Source of the DNA: Octopus vulgaris
Lineage: Eukaryota
Reading direction: 5' to 3'
NCBI GenBank assembly: GCA_951406725.2
Contig: OX597818.1
Location: 992,001 to 1,056,000 of the forward strand
DNA: 64,000 bases
Positions 1-12,843 of the stretch are shown piece after piece. The position numbers were made by a program, and so were the translations under genes. The notes under the pieces are model-generated. The model worked only from the letters and a program-made list of their open reading frames with translations. It did no database searches and was not told where the DNA came from. The first letter of the stretch is position 1. Each line of letters opens with the position of its first letter.

Positions 1-155
1 TTGGATTTATTCCCTAATATTTATTAGAGAGATACCAGCTGGTCTGAGTGCTCTCTACCCACAATAACTAAAAAGACTACAGCAACTCAGGGAAACTAAG
101 CCAGGACAACCTGCCATCCTCCACACACCATCATAAACTGCGAGCAGGGTACAAA

Positions 156-2992
156 TTGTTGTCCTTAAATGCTCGCAGTTTATGCAACAAAATACATTTG
201 TTCAACGCCTACGTCGGAAGTGTTGACCCTGACTTCATCACTGTCACGGAAACATGGGCGCATTCCTTACTCTGTGATGGGGTTTTCAACATCACGGGGT
301 ACAACCTCTTCCGTAAGGACCGCACTAACCGCCGTGGTGGTGGTGTGATGGTCTACGTTCGTTCAAATTTTTTGGTAATTCTTTGTGCCGATTTGAACGA
401 ATCACAAGAAGAAGTTTTTTTCTGTGACGTACGTATGACCATGTCAACACTCCTGCTTGGCGTTGTTTATCGTCCCCCAAATTACCATCAGGACACACAG
501 CTTTGCAACATCCTCCGAGCTGCAGCCAGGAAAACAGCCACTTATGTGTTTATTGCAGGCGATTTCAATCATCCTGAGATCGATTGGGAAACCTTCCGTT
601 GGCCACAGAGTGCAAACGATTTTGTTGAGCATGTGCTGGACTCAAACTGATCACAAGTAGTCACCTCTCCAACAAGAGGCGACAACACCTTGGACCTGCT
701 CTTCACCACAACTCCTGAAGCGGTTATCAATTGCACTACGGAGGAACCTCTAGGTGACTCTGATCATGCTATGATCATCGCCAATCTGGCTCTTGCGGGC
801 AACAAACACCTGAACCATCTCCAATCTGCTTCCTTCGATTGGAAGAGAGCAGATTGGAACCTGTACCACACTGAACTACAGCACCCAAACTGGCGTGAAT
901 TCTACAACTCTGGAGATGTGAATACTATACTCCAGAGTATCCTGGACTCAATATGGACAGCATGTGCAGCATCAGTGCCATGTAAACAAAAAAAGAAGAA
1001 CCGCCCCAAAAGGGCAATTTGGGAAACTTCAGCGGTCCGACTTGCCAGGAAGGAACGTCGGACTGCTGAACAGGAATACAAGTTGCATAAATCAGACACC
1101 AACAGGAAGAAGCGGAATAAATCCTCCAACCATCTCAAGCAAGTGACAAAAAATGCAGTGCTTGAATTTGAACAGTGCATAGCAGCCAATCCTGACAGCA
1201 AGGTTTTCTGGAAATATGTGCATTCAAAGCAGAGACCTCACTCTCCAGTGGGCCCTCTTCGCAACCATCACATGAACCAGATCACTGACGACCCCAAGGA
1301 ATGCGCAGAACTCATTGCCGAGTGCTATGCAAACATATTCACTGTCGAAAGTCAAAATGTACCATCTTCACCATCACTAACAGCAAACTCCATAACAACT
1401 ATGGAATTTACACCTACAATGCTGCGATGTCACCTTCAAAATAAGTGCAACTATGCCTCCCCTGGTCTCGATGGAGTTACATACCTGCTTCTCAAACGTG
1501 GCAGGCACTTCCTTTTACACCAGCTTTCTATTTTCTTCCAGTACTGTCTCAACAATAGTGCTACTCCGGAGCAGTGGAAAACTGCCAGTGTCATTCCTCT
1601 GTTCAAAAAGGGTGACCGCACATCACCTGTCAACTATCGCCCAGTCAGTCTCACTAGCTGTATTGCAAAACTGATGGAATCGTGTGTCAGAGAAACACTC
1701 TGGAACTTCTGGAGCTCTCACAGTCTCATCCGACCCTCACAATATGGATTTGTCCCTAACTCCAGCTGCAGTGACCAGCTTGTCGAGTTCCTTGAGGACA
1801 TTACTCAGATCACTGACAGTGGCTCATGGGTGGATGTTGTCTACCTTGACTTTGCTAAGGCTTTCAACTCTGTGCCACACAAAAGGCTTATGGTGAAACT
1901 CTCTGCAATGGGTGTGGGGGATGACCTTTTTAACTGGTTGAAATCCTTCATCCTCAGCCGAAAGGAGGTAGTCACAGTTCTAGGACAGCACTCTACACCA
2001 TATGAGATGTCATCGGGTGTACCACAGGGATCTGTCCTTAGTCCCCTCCTGTTTGTGGCATACATTAATGACATAGATGCCAATTTAAAGAATGCCACAG
2101 TATTGAAATATGCAGACGACATCAAGCTGTACCTTGAAATCAAGAGGACTGATCCTGATGTCTACAACTCTTTCCTGCAATCAGACCTAGACACAATGCA
2201 GCAATGGATCACAGACTGGCAACTGAAACTGGCTGTGGACAAGTGTACCACCATGCATTTTGGGAGAAAAAACCCTGCGTCCACATACTCCCTCCACAAC
2301 ACTGATATCAAAAAATCCTCTTGCGAGCGTGACCTAGGCATCACTGTCAGCAGTGATTTGCGTTGGACAAAGCATATCTCTAAAATTGTCAAGAAGGCCG
2401 AGGGTGTCTTGGCATCACTCAGCAAGACTTTTGTTAGCCGCTCTCCAGCCATCTATTTAAAACTGTATACAGCTATGGTACGACCACACTTGGAATTCGC
2501 ATCATCAGTTTGGAATCCCTATCTTGCTCAGAACATTGACCTCCTGGAATCTGTCCAGAGACGTGCAACCAAACGCATACCCTCCATCAGACACCTACCA
2601 TATTCTGAGCGCCTTGTTTCCCTGGGCATGGATTCACTGAAGCTCCGGCGTCTGGCGACGGACTTGGTAAACACCCACAAGGTTATCAACCACCTCACCA
2701 ACAACAACACTGAACACCTTTTTGATCTCCATGTGTCTAACACACGTGGACATGCCTACAAAGTCAGAAAACAACACAGCTCCCATGACTTTCGGAAACA
2801 TTTTTTCACGCTCAGGGTTGCTGAAGCGTGGAATAAACTGCCTGCGTCAGTTGTTGACTGCCATGACACTGCATCCTTTAAGGCCCTCATGCTTTCCGAA
2901 ATCCGCCGAAACTACACCTGATTATATATACACTTTAGATGAGTTGTAGTGCACCTGAGCACTGTACACAATTATTGTTATTATTATTATTA
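156..2992 (+). mobile_element. CR1/L2-group LINE ORF2 (APE endonuclease + reverse transcriptase), near-intact with one in-frame stop
   Basis: ORFs 156-650 (APE motifs LNARS, TETW, GVVYRPP, GDFN) and 690-2921 (SDH, NYRPVSLTS, YLDFAKAF, GVPQGSVLSP, YADD, ERDLGI, RGHAYK) are in the same frame, separated only by TGA 648-650. The short 3' UTR has a small stem-loop (tagtgc...gcactg) and an (ATT)n tail. Confidence 0.93.
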
Positions 2993-3015
2993 TATATGTA
3001 TGTATGTATGTATGT

Positions 3016-3288
3016 GGAGGTACAATGGCCCAGTGGTTGGATCGCGGTTTCGATTCCCAGACTGGGCGTTGTGAGTGTTTATTGAGCAAAAACACCTAAA
3101 GCTTCATGAGGCAAGGGTTGGTGGTGATCCCTGCTGTACTCTTTCACCACAACTTTCTCTCACTCTTTCTTTTGTTGGCCTGCTCGCTTAGCCAGCAGGG
3201 TGGCGTCATTTGAAGGCTAAAACAATGTGAAGCGCATTGTGACCAGCGATGTGTAGCAACATCTGATAGCCTGGTCGGTCACGGTGAT
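3016..3288 (+). mobile_element. tRNA-derived SINE with RTE-like 3' tail
   Basis: A-box-like tggcccagtgg and B-box-like gtttcgattcc. The head and body match the copy at 17348-17530. The last ~58 nt resemble the 3' end of the RTE element at 45862-45920. Confidence 0.8.
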
Positions 3289-3315
3289 ATATGTATGTAT
3301 ATATGTATATATAGC

Positions 3316-3763
3316 AGGTAAGATCCAGGCTACATATGTTTCATAGCGAGCGGTAAATATACAACTGAGGTGTATACCGCTGGCCACTTGTCAGGCCAAG
3401 GGTATCTTGCTGAAATGAAAATTTATATTGTTGCAAGGAGGTACATGTTTACACACTAAAGATTCGGTCAGAATGTGTAGAGAGCATGGTAAGAGTGAAG
3501 AATATAAATATGGAGAGAAATTAGTAATATTCTTATATTTCTAATTTCTCTCCACATTTATATTCTTCACTCTTACCATGCTCTCTACACATTCTGATTG
3601 AATCTGCCATGTGTTAACATGTACTTCCTTGTGACAATGTAATCTTTCATTTAATGAAGATACCCTTGACCTGATGAGTAACCTGTGGTATACACCTTGC
3701 TTGGATATTTACTACTTCCGACGTACTGCTTGCTATGAAACTTATGTAGCCTGGATCTTACCT
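3316..3763. repeat. ~220-bp-arm inverted repeat: head-to-head pair of PLE pseudo-LTR fragments, each with a decayed hammerhead
   Basis: The arms are reverse complements centred near 3532. Right arm (+): CTGATGA 3671-3677, GAAA 3737-3740, CTTATG, TA, GCC. Left arm (-): GGC CTGACAA, a long stem II, GAAA CATATG TA GCC. Confidence 0.8.
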
Positions 3764-4427
3764 ACACCATTCCTTAACTCTTGTATTCTTATTTGCACAC
3801 CTGGCAACCCTGGTTTCCTACTGTGAAATATAAAAAGAATTTTTTTTAGCTTATTGTACTTCTATACAAAAAATTTGTCAATAAATCATTGTTGTTCCTA
3901 AAAGGTGTTTTATACATTTACTACAGATTGCTTGAAGCTAACTTTCTTCCAACACATGCATGCACACATCAAAGGTACAACAGAAAAACACAACAAATGG
4001 ACAAAACAAGACACACAGATCATTTGTAGCCAATTGCCTCTTCTGTCAGAGTTTGGAATGTCCACGTAGTTTCGCTCACTTATTTCCGATACTACTTGAA
4101 ATCAGTTGGGTCAAGGGCTTAAGCTGAGAGCATGAAGCCTCTGGGCAAGGCAAATGAATATACATATACGAAAACAAATAAGTAAACATCAGAAAGGGTC
4201 TTTCGACTATCAGATGAATGTAACATATGAAATACATATACAATGGACAAGCGCCTTTTGGCTATACAACAAAAGGAAAATAATTATAGAATTACAACAA
4301 AAATAAGTCAAAACAAAACAAATGGGGTCTTTTGACTATCAGACGAGTGTAGGAAGCTAGCGCAAGGAAAATGGAAAAAATCTTAACGATATATGTGGAC
4401 AGATATATAGAGATAGATATATACATG

Positions 4428-4458
<31 letters not shown>

Positions 4459-4559
4459 ATATTAGTGTCCTAAGAGAAGGTTCTTATATTAAAAATATTA
4501 CAGTGATCTCATTAATATAGATAAAAATAACACTGTTTTCTTTCTCTAATGTAGATAAA

Positions 4560-5506
<947 letters not shown>

Positions 5507-5956
5507 AACTTTTTCATTCACCATTATATATTTTGTTTTTATATTTTATTTCAGAAAAATATTCCCATCAACTGTGAACTTTGTCAATAGCTGAAGATGC
5601 TGCAAATTCCTTAAAATTATCTTGTATATATTCCTGACTGTGAAGCAGAGAAATGTTGTTATAAATCTCAGATGAAATATTTTACAGCAATTCTGCCGCA
5701 GATTATGTCAATTCCGTGTAATATCTTCTTTTGGTATTTAAAAGGTGGCACATATTGCTAATGTAAATCAAGTTAAAAATTCTTTTATGCCAATGTCATC
5801 TTATATTCTGAAATAATATAGAAATAGTGTAATATATAAAGGATACTTAAAGTGTGGAGGTGTAGACTTGACATTTTATAACACTTTTATATTGATAAAC
5901 TGAATATTTGAACTTTTAATTTGTTATTTGTCTAATTTGTTATTAAAATTATATTA

Positions 5957-6300
5957 TACAGGATGGCCCTAAAGTCACTGAGGGATTGCAGTTTTTGATA
6001 ATTCTTTTATTTTTTGACAATTTTGTTTTCTTTTCAGGGATAGGGATTTTATGGACTAGATACTGGAAATTAATTATGGAAAAATATGGCACCACACACT
6101 GCTCCAAGTGGTGAAATTGTTCTTTCAAAATTAGGGGGCAATTATTCAAACCCAGAGAGCATGTCATTGACATTTTTAAGTGAGCGATGCCCCAAGTGAA
6201 AACACAGTTAGGAACTTAGTTTGTTGTTTTGAAAAACAAGGGGCAGCAAGTGATCTCCCACAATCTGGGTGACCTTGCACTGTCAGAACTGATGAAGAAA
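5957..6300 (+). mobile_element. Degenerate Tc1/mariner-like 5' fragment
   Basis: Begins TA-CAGGATGGCCC. Frame-broken remnant of an N-terminal HTH-like region (APSENTVRNLV..FEK). Confidence 0.4.
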
Positions 6301-6666
6301 GGGAATGAAGGTGAGAGAGTATTGCACAGAATCTGGACACATCAACTTGAAGGTAGTCCAGACAGCATGGCATCTTTTGTCAAGAGTACAGGTGACAGTC
6401 AGATTGCTGATATTTGTAGTGCACCCTGCTGTTGCAATTTGATTGCTGTTATTCCGTGCATCTGTGTGAAAGATCTGTTGTGTTTTGCAGGGTTGCCTTA
6501 TTTTTACCCTTAACTTAGAAATGGAGGAAGACACAGTGCTAGATATAAAAGAAAATGCCATTTTGGGACTAGAAATAAAGCAGAAAAATGTGAAATTCTT
6601 TGAGCAGGCATGTGTCTTATGTGAAATTTGTGATGAGCCTGAGTGACGCTGATGACCTGGTGTTGC

Positions 6667-6689
<23 letters not shown>

Positions 6690-6707
<18 letters not shown>

Positions 6708-8130
6708 GAGATGAGTGTGTATTCACTTTTCATGTGAAAATGGTTTCACCAATTACTTCCATACTTGTGATGCAGGAAAAATCTGATCATTGATATATGT
6801 TAGGCTCTTCATTTGAATTTTTAATTAAAAATAAAAAATATTGCTTTTTATATTATATTCACGTCTTTGAAAATTTAAAAAAAATATTTACTTCTGATTT
6901 TCTAGCATCAGTGATGTTATAACTACAGGTAAATAAAGGAACTTTTAAATTTTTTGGAACTACGTTTTTTGTGTTTCTTCAAAGGATTTCTGTGACTAAA
7001 TTGAACACAAAAGAAACAACTTAAGCATCCCACAAGAGACCCAATATTACTTTTGGTTTTAGTACAGTAACTGCTGAAATATATATGAAAAATATGAAAA
7101 ATATAAAGACAATTGACAAAAAATATATACAATAAAATTCTAATTGTTAAATATAAATTTTTATTAAAACAAAACACGTGGGTGAAGTAAATCTCGTGGT
7201 GTGAGGAATCAACACAACACAATGTGCAGTTGTCATGGTAACAAGCTGTTAATGTCTAGCTGTCTGTTGACTGGCTAAAATTACTCAAATTTTCCAAACT
7301 TCAATTCCAATTAACATCAGATTTTTTAATTTATGAGATAAAGTAATTGGTTGATCATAACCACAATTCAGAATTGCATCAATACACCAAAATTGAAAGC
7401 AGTTTGAGCAGAATTAAAGGGGGATGATTTTGTGAATCAATTTAACTAGATTCCGTTTTTCTGTTGTTCACGGTTTTTTTCTGGTTCCTTTGATACGGCT
7501 CTTTGGTCCACTAAGTGACAAATTTCGCTCCAACCCGTACAATTCTATATTTTCTGTAAAAATTTCTTATTTGCTTCTGCCTGTCATATTAAGAAACATA
7601 ATTTCCATTACCAAGTTATTTTCATTGTTTACTATCTTCTGCACCCACATATTTCTGTATACGTATATAACCATGCCTAGAAGAAAAGTGTCAAATTTGT
7701 CTACAATGTTAAGGCCAGCCAAAAGTATGTCTCTGTCCAGGGAAAGCAAGACAGCTGCAGAAAGGGAAGCATGCAAAGAAATGAACAGACTGTGCACTAC
7801 AAAAGCCAGAACATCTCAAAGTGATGAACAAAGGTATGCACAGCTGACAAGGAATAGGATCTCCACTGCAGAATGAAGAGCAGTTGCAACAGCTCAGAGA
7901 ACTAACTTCTATGAAGCAGCTTTCAATTATGATCCAGCAATTCATTATGTAGATGACACTACAGTTTCCATTGGTGCAATGACAACTGAGTGCCTACATT
8001 ATAAAGCAGGGAAGTGGCCTGGAGAGACACTTGCACCGTGCTACAAGCAGTTGAGACCTATATAATCTAGACAGCGTTTTTAAATTTCATTATTTTCTTT
8101 TACCCGGGCAACACTGGGTATTTCTGCTAG
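6690..8130 (+). mobile_element. Non-autonomous Helitron carrying a RepHel N-terminal remnant
   Basis: 7673-8045 translates, through one stop, to MPRRK...AAFNYDP...IGAMTTECLHYKAGKWPGET, like Helitron RepHel N-termini. The 3' end has a hairpin (acccgggcaacactgggt) followed by CTAG|T at 8127-8131. The 5' boundary is uncertain (TATATAAAA run near 6700). Confidence 0.75.
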
Positions 8131-8159
8131 TGTGTGTGTATGTGTATATAAATATATAT

Positions 8160-8204
<45 letters not shown>

Positions 8205-9077
8205 TGAGGGGGGTATCCAAAAGAAACCGGAATTTTGCAATATTATTTTATTTACTTAGTCTTATATGTTTACACTTTTGTCACCTTTAAAGTATTCTCC
8301 ATTTGAAGCAATACATTGATCCAGGCATGTTTTCCACTATTTGCAGCAGTGTTGGAATTCTTGTGACTTTTAACACCACCATCATTTTTTTCTTCACCTC
8401 TTCCACATCTGCAAATTCTGCAGCACCAACATTTGTCACCAGTGAGGACAAAAGGTCTGGATCAACTTCCAACTGTTCTTTCAGTTCACAACATGCATTC
8501 AGTAATGACTGCTTTTGGCCTTCTGTGAGTAAGTGAGGCAGGAATTTGGTTGCAACTCTTTTTATACACAATTCCTTGCTCAAAATTCGTTGGCAGGAAC
8601 TCCAGGACACACCAGTCATGTCAAGTTTGTCAATTGTTTGGTGACAGTCCTCCAAGATCAGTTCATGAATTTTCCTGTTTTCATTCATTCAGGAGGTCAA
8701 CGGTGTCCTGAATGAGATTGGTTTTCAAGTGACAAGTGACCATTCCTAAAGCATGGAAACCACTCATAAACTTGTGTTTTGCTCATGGCAGCATCCTTGT
8801 AAGCTGTTTGAAGCATAACAACTGTTTTGGCTGTTGTTTATCCCAGCAGAAAACAACTTCATGGAAGCAAGCTGTTCCTTTGTTTCAGTCATTGCAAAAA
8901 TTGATGAACAGGGGAAAAACACTGCAAAACAAAGATGCACCACATGGTAGTAAACCACCGCTGATCAGCAGACAGATGCCTGAGGGTGGCATCAAGTGGC
9001 ACCTTGCAGCAGAAGCCTGAACTACAATGGGTTTGTCCCACAGAGAACGTTTCTGGTTACTTTTAGATACCCACTCT
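8205..9077 (-). mobile_element. Internally deleted mariner element
   Basis: Imperfect TIRs (tgaggggggtatccaaaagaaaccgg / ctggttacttttagatacccactct) flanked by TA. ORF 8287-8688 has mariner motifs (GVSWSSCQRIL, KFLPHLLT, FADVEEVKK). Confidence 0.85.
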
Positions 9078-9840
9078 TATATATATATATGCAGGATGTG
9101 ATGGGTAAATTGTCACCATTTTATATTTTTAACTTAATGCATAAATTGTTTTTGATTTTGTCGACTACACAGTATAGTAGGGTCAGTTGGGCACCATCTG
9201 TGAGAAAAACAGCACCATGATGCAATTCACTCAGCCAGAAATTTGGAAATGACATGCTGTACTGCTTGGCATTCATGCTGAAAGCTCCAATACAAACATT
9301 TCAGAGTGTTTGGGGTGTCAATCTGAGGACGGTGCAGAGGATTCAGAAAGAGTTGGATGAATCTAATGGTGATTATGAAGGTATGGCAGCTCGGAAAACT
9401 CACTCTGATTATTCTGAATTTGCTGGTGAGATCCAGGCCATGATTGACAACAATCCCTCCAAATCAATCAGGCCCATCGTCAGGGATATGGGAATGTCTT
9501 TCTTATCAGGCAGGTAGTGCATGAAGACATTTGGTATTCTTCTTACAAGATGAGAACGGGCCAATTTTTATCCCAAGCCATCAAGGACAAATGGAAAGAC
9601 TGTGCTATGAAGCTTTTGAATAAACTCAAGCATCCTTTCCAACTGAACATACTTTGGTTTTTCTCAAATGAGAAAAATTTCTACCAGGATCAGATAGTGA
9701 ACACACAAAACAACCGTTAGCTTGCCGTGTCCCCAAAACATGTACCAAGAATGATAAAAATCAAACATCTGGTCATCATCATGCAGTGACCCGGGAACAA
9801 AATTTGCTTAGGGGGTGCAAACTCAGTTCCAAAATTTGGC

Positions 9841-10411
9841 ACTACTGGAGAAGTGTGGATCCGAGTTCTGAGAGTGTGCATGTCACAAATTTGTGCATGC
9901 GAGCGCATTAGTAGTAAGTAGTTGATTTTAGCACACAGGTAAACAACGAGATGTGTGCTACTTGCTGTAAATAGAGGGTGGGTTATCCATCTAATACAAG
10001 AAGAAAATTGCAGATAAATTGAATAAAAACATGAAAAATAACAAAATGATATTTCATTGAAAAGTAAACCATTCTGAAAGACAGTTCAGAATGTTTTCAA
10101 AACATTCATCTCCAGCTTTTCCCATATTTTATTAAGGGTTAGGGTTTAGGGTTTAGGGCTAGGCTGAGGGTTAGGGGAGATGAATGTTTTTTTCAGTATT
10201 CAATGATTATTTTTCACTTTTATACTCAATTTATCTGCAATTTTCTTTTTGTATTACATGGATAACCCCGCTCCATTTACAGTAAGTAGCGCGCATCTGT
10301 GCATCTTGTTGTTTGCCTTGTGAGCTAAAATCGACTACTTACAACTAATGCGCGCACGTGCAAATTTGTGACATGCACACTCTCAGAACTCAGGTCCATA
10401 CTCCTGTAGTA
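9841..10411. mobile_element. MITE with ~200-bp TIRs and internal telomere-like repeats
   Basis: 9841-10050 is reverse-complementary to 10200-10411. The spacer contains (T)TTAGGG-like repeats at 10134-10178. Confidence 0.8.
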
Positions 10412-10959
10412 CTCAAAATTTTTACAAACAAGGTGAAATTTTCTAATTTGGGTATCAAAGCAAACAAATGTTCAATAATAATAACTTTTATTATTATGAG
10501 GATTGACTGGAAAATTAACAGGCTGACTAATATAGTCTCATGGAATGTGACCAAATGAAGTTCATTTTTAAATATTAGGATCTTTTCTGCTTATTTCACC
10601 TTCTGAAATTTTTAAATTAAGCGAAAATTTTCAAATTTGATACATTGGTGTAATTTTTTACGTTGAATCTGATGCTATTCATTTATTCCAGAAAAATTTT
10701 AGAAAACTGTGAAAGAGGTTTAAAGTTGGATCATTTTACCCTCAATCAGAGAACACAATGTGGAACCTGGCATTTTGTACAAGGTGACAACATTACAATG
10801 TTAAAACATTCAACGATGGAAGTTTTAATAAAGTTTTGTGAAATGTTGAATAAACATACTGTTGGTTTAGTTCATGTGAACAATACACATTTTTGAAATT
10901 GGAACAAAATTGAGGCAATTGAAAAGTGAAAATCAAACAGAAAAGATCATCTACATACT

Positions 10960-11155
10960 TCTTTCAGCAATTCATTGCTTTGATTGCCTTGGAAAAGAAG
11001 CTATCCTGTTAGTTAAACAAGTTTTCAACAGCTGATAAGACATCATCACTATGATATTGGTTCCTAACTGAGTATTTTTCCATATATGTAGGGGATATAG
11101 ATAATAAGATGAGGTCAAATCACTAAAGTAGGGATTATCGGCTGGGATTCTCCCC
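10960..11155 (-). mobile_element. Mariner transposase C-terminal fragment
   Basis: The minus-strand NPYFSDLTSSYYLYP resembles HPPYSPDLAPSDYYLFP. An SDDDVLSAVE-like segment follows in a shifted frame. Confidence 0.6.
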
Positions 11156-11280
11156 AATGACTTTACTAACGTCACCCGGGGCCCCAATTCGCCGTGAAAC
11201 CATTTGGTAGCTGGTATCGTTACAAGGTCTATTTATATTTATATATATATCGTATATTTATAAAGAGGGCAAATTTAGCT

Positions 11281-11545
11281 GGTACTACTTAAGAAGAGTG
11301 GTTCCGGTGCGTGCACTCACTTACTCGCACATCTGCGCTAGCTAGTAGTGACTAGTCGATCCTTATTTTATGTTTTTGTGTTTTATTTACTTTGTTTTTA
11401 AAAAATTATTTACTTTGTGTAAAAAAATTATTTATTTTGTGTTTTATTTACTTTGCTAGGCAGTCGTTGTAGGATCGACTAGTCACGACTAGCTAGCGTG
11501 GATGCGCGAGTGTGTGCACCGGGACCACTCTTCTTAAGTAGTACC
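11281..11545. mobile_element. Merlin-like MITE
   Basis: ~80-bp TIRs starting GGTAC. Near-perfect 9-bp TSD: aatttagct (11272-11280) / aatttagcc (11546-11554). Confidence 0.75.
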
Positions 11546-11584
11546 AATTTAGCCATTTCTCCGTAGATTGAAAAAAGGATGAAC

Positions 11585-11630
11585 AACCTTAATCGATTTT
11601 TGAACCTTCTTGGGTTCTCATCAGAGGCGT
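11585..11630 (-). ncRNA. Minimal type-I hammerhead motif with G12A lesion
   Basis: Minus strand reads gcct CTGATGA gaacc-caagaa-ggttc AAAA atcgat TA aggt. All stems pair and stem III is palindromic; only G12 is changed. Confidence 0.75.
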
Positions 11631-11696
11631 AGTGGTTCAAACATGAGAAATAAAACTCATGTTGAGTCAGACTCAAATAATAAGTATAGATTTATT

Positions 11697-12765
11697 GGTA
11701 AAACTAAAGCGTTTGACCCAGCCATAAAAATATAAAAAAAATTGTGTAATAGGTGTAAAACAACTTGTTCTAAACGAATATGATCAAAAAAATGCGCGCT
11801 TGCGAAAGGAGGGTGGGGGAGAGGCCTCGGAAAATTCACATCGTGAATTTCCGAAAGCGTCTGACCCGGGCACAAAAACAAAAAAAAATAGTGTAAATAG
11901 TGGCTAAACCACAACATGGAAAGATCAATGTAGTCCATAGCCAAACAACCTCTCTTCTTTTTGTTAGGGAGATTTTAAACACAACGGTTACTGTTTGGGG
12001 GAGGTCTTATTTCATTACTGTTATGGATATCGCATTTTTCTTTTTTTTTTTCTGCTGACTTGTATTATATAGTCTTTGACTCAATTCGGCAGTGCCAAAC
12101 CAAAAGTATAGAAACTATTATTTCACTTCAATGGTGTTGGTTAATGTATTGATATTGATATTAATAACTTCACCACACACACACACAGACACACACACAC
12201 ACACATTCAACTCCTTATTATTATTAATAATAATAATAATAACAACAGATACTAGAGATGGTGCTGTGGCCTTTTCTTTGATAATATCTTTCTTGCTTAT
12301 TTAAATTCAGTTCAATGCACACTTGCCTTGAACCAACCATTTCTCTTTGTGTGTGTCTATTCTTGATAATCATTTAGAGCAAGTAGTTTTACACCAATTA
12401 CACTATTTTAAAAATTTTTTTCCGGCCCGGGTCAAACACTATAGTTTAAAGGCCATGGACTGAAGATGTGAATTTTCCGAGTCCTCTCCCCCACCCCCCT
12501 TTCTCAAGTGTGAATTTTTTTTTGTCATATTTGTTTAGAGCAAGTTGTTTTACACATATTACACTATTTTATTTTGCTTTTGTGCTAGGGTCAGACCCTC
12601 AGACGCTTTCGGAAATTCATGATGTGAATTTTCCGAGGCCTCTCCCCCACCCCCCTTTTGCGAGCGCGCATTTTTTGGTCATATTCGTTTAGAGGAAGTT
12701 GTTTTACATCTATTACACTATTTATTTTTTGTTTTTATGACCGGGACAAACGCTTTAGTTTGGCC
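11697..12765. mobile_element. Merlin-like non-autonomous element with long TIRs built of ~155-bp subrepeats
   Basis: Termini GGTAAAACTAAAGCG / CGCTTTAGTTTGGCC. Perfect 8-bp TSD GATTTATT at 11689-11696 and 12766-12773. The right arm holds ~2.5 tandem copies of the unit present once in the left arm. Confidence 0.85.
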
Positions 12766-12786
12766 GATTTATTGATCGGTGAAAGT

Positions 12787-12843
12787 TACATAGTGACTGA
12801 AGGTTCGAGAGTTTCGTGCAGAGGCACTTATCAAACTAATTAA
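12787..12843 (-). ncRNA. Type-I hammerhead ribozyme, U3:A8 core variant, apparently intact
   Basis: Minus strand reads ttaattagt TTGATAA gtgc-ctct-gcac GAAA ct-ctcgaaccttc-ag TC acta tgtaa. Stems I, II and III pair and the cleavage triplet is GUC. Confidence 0.82.
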
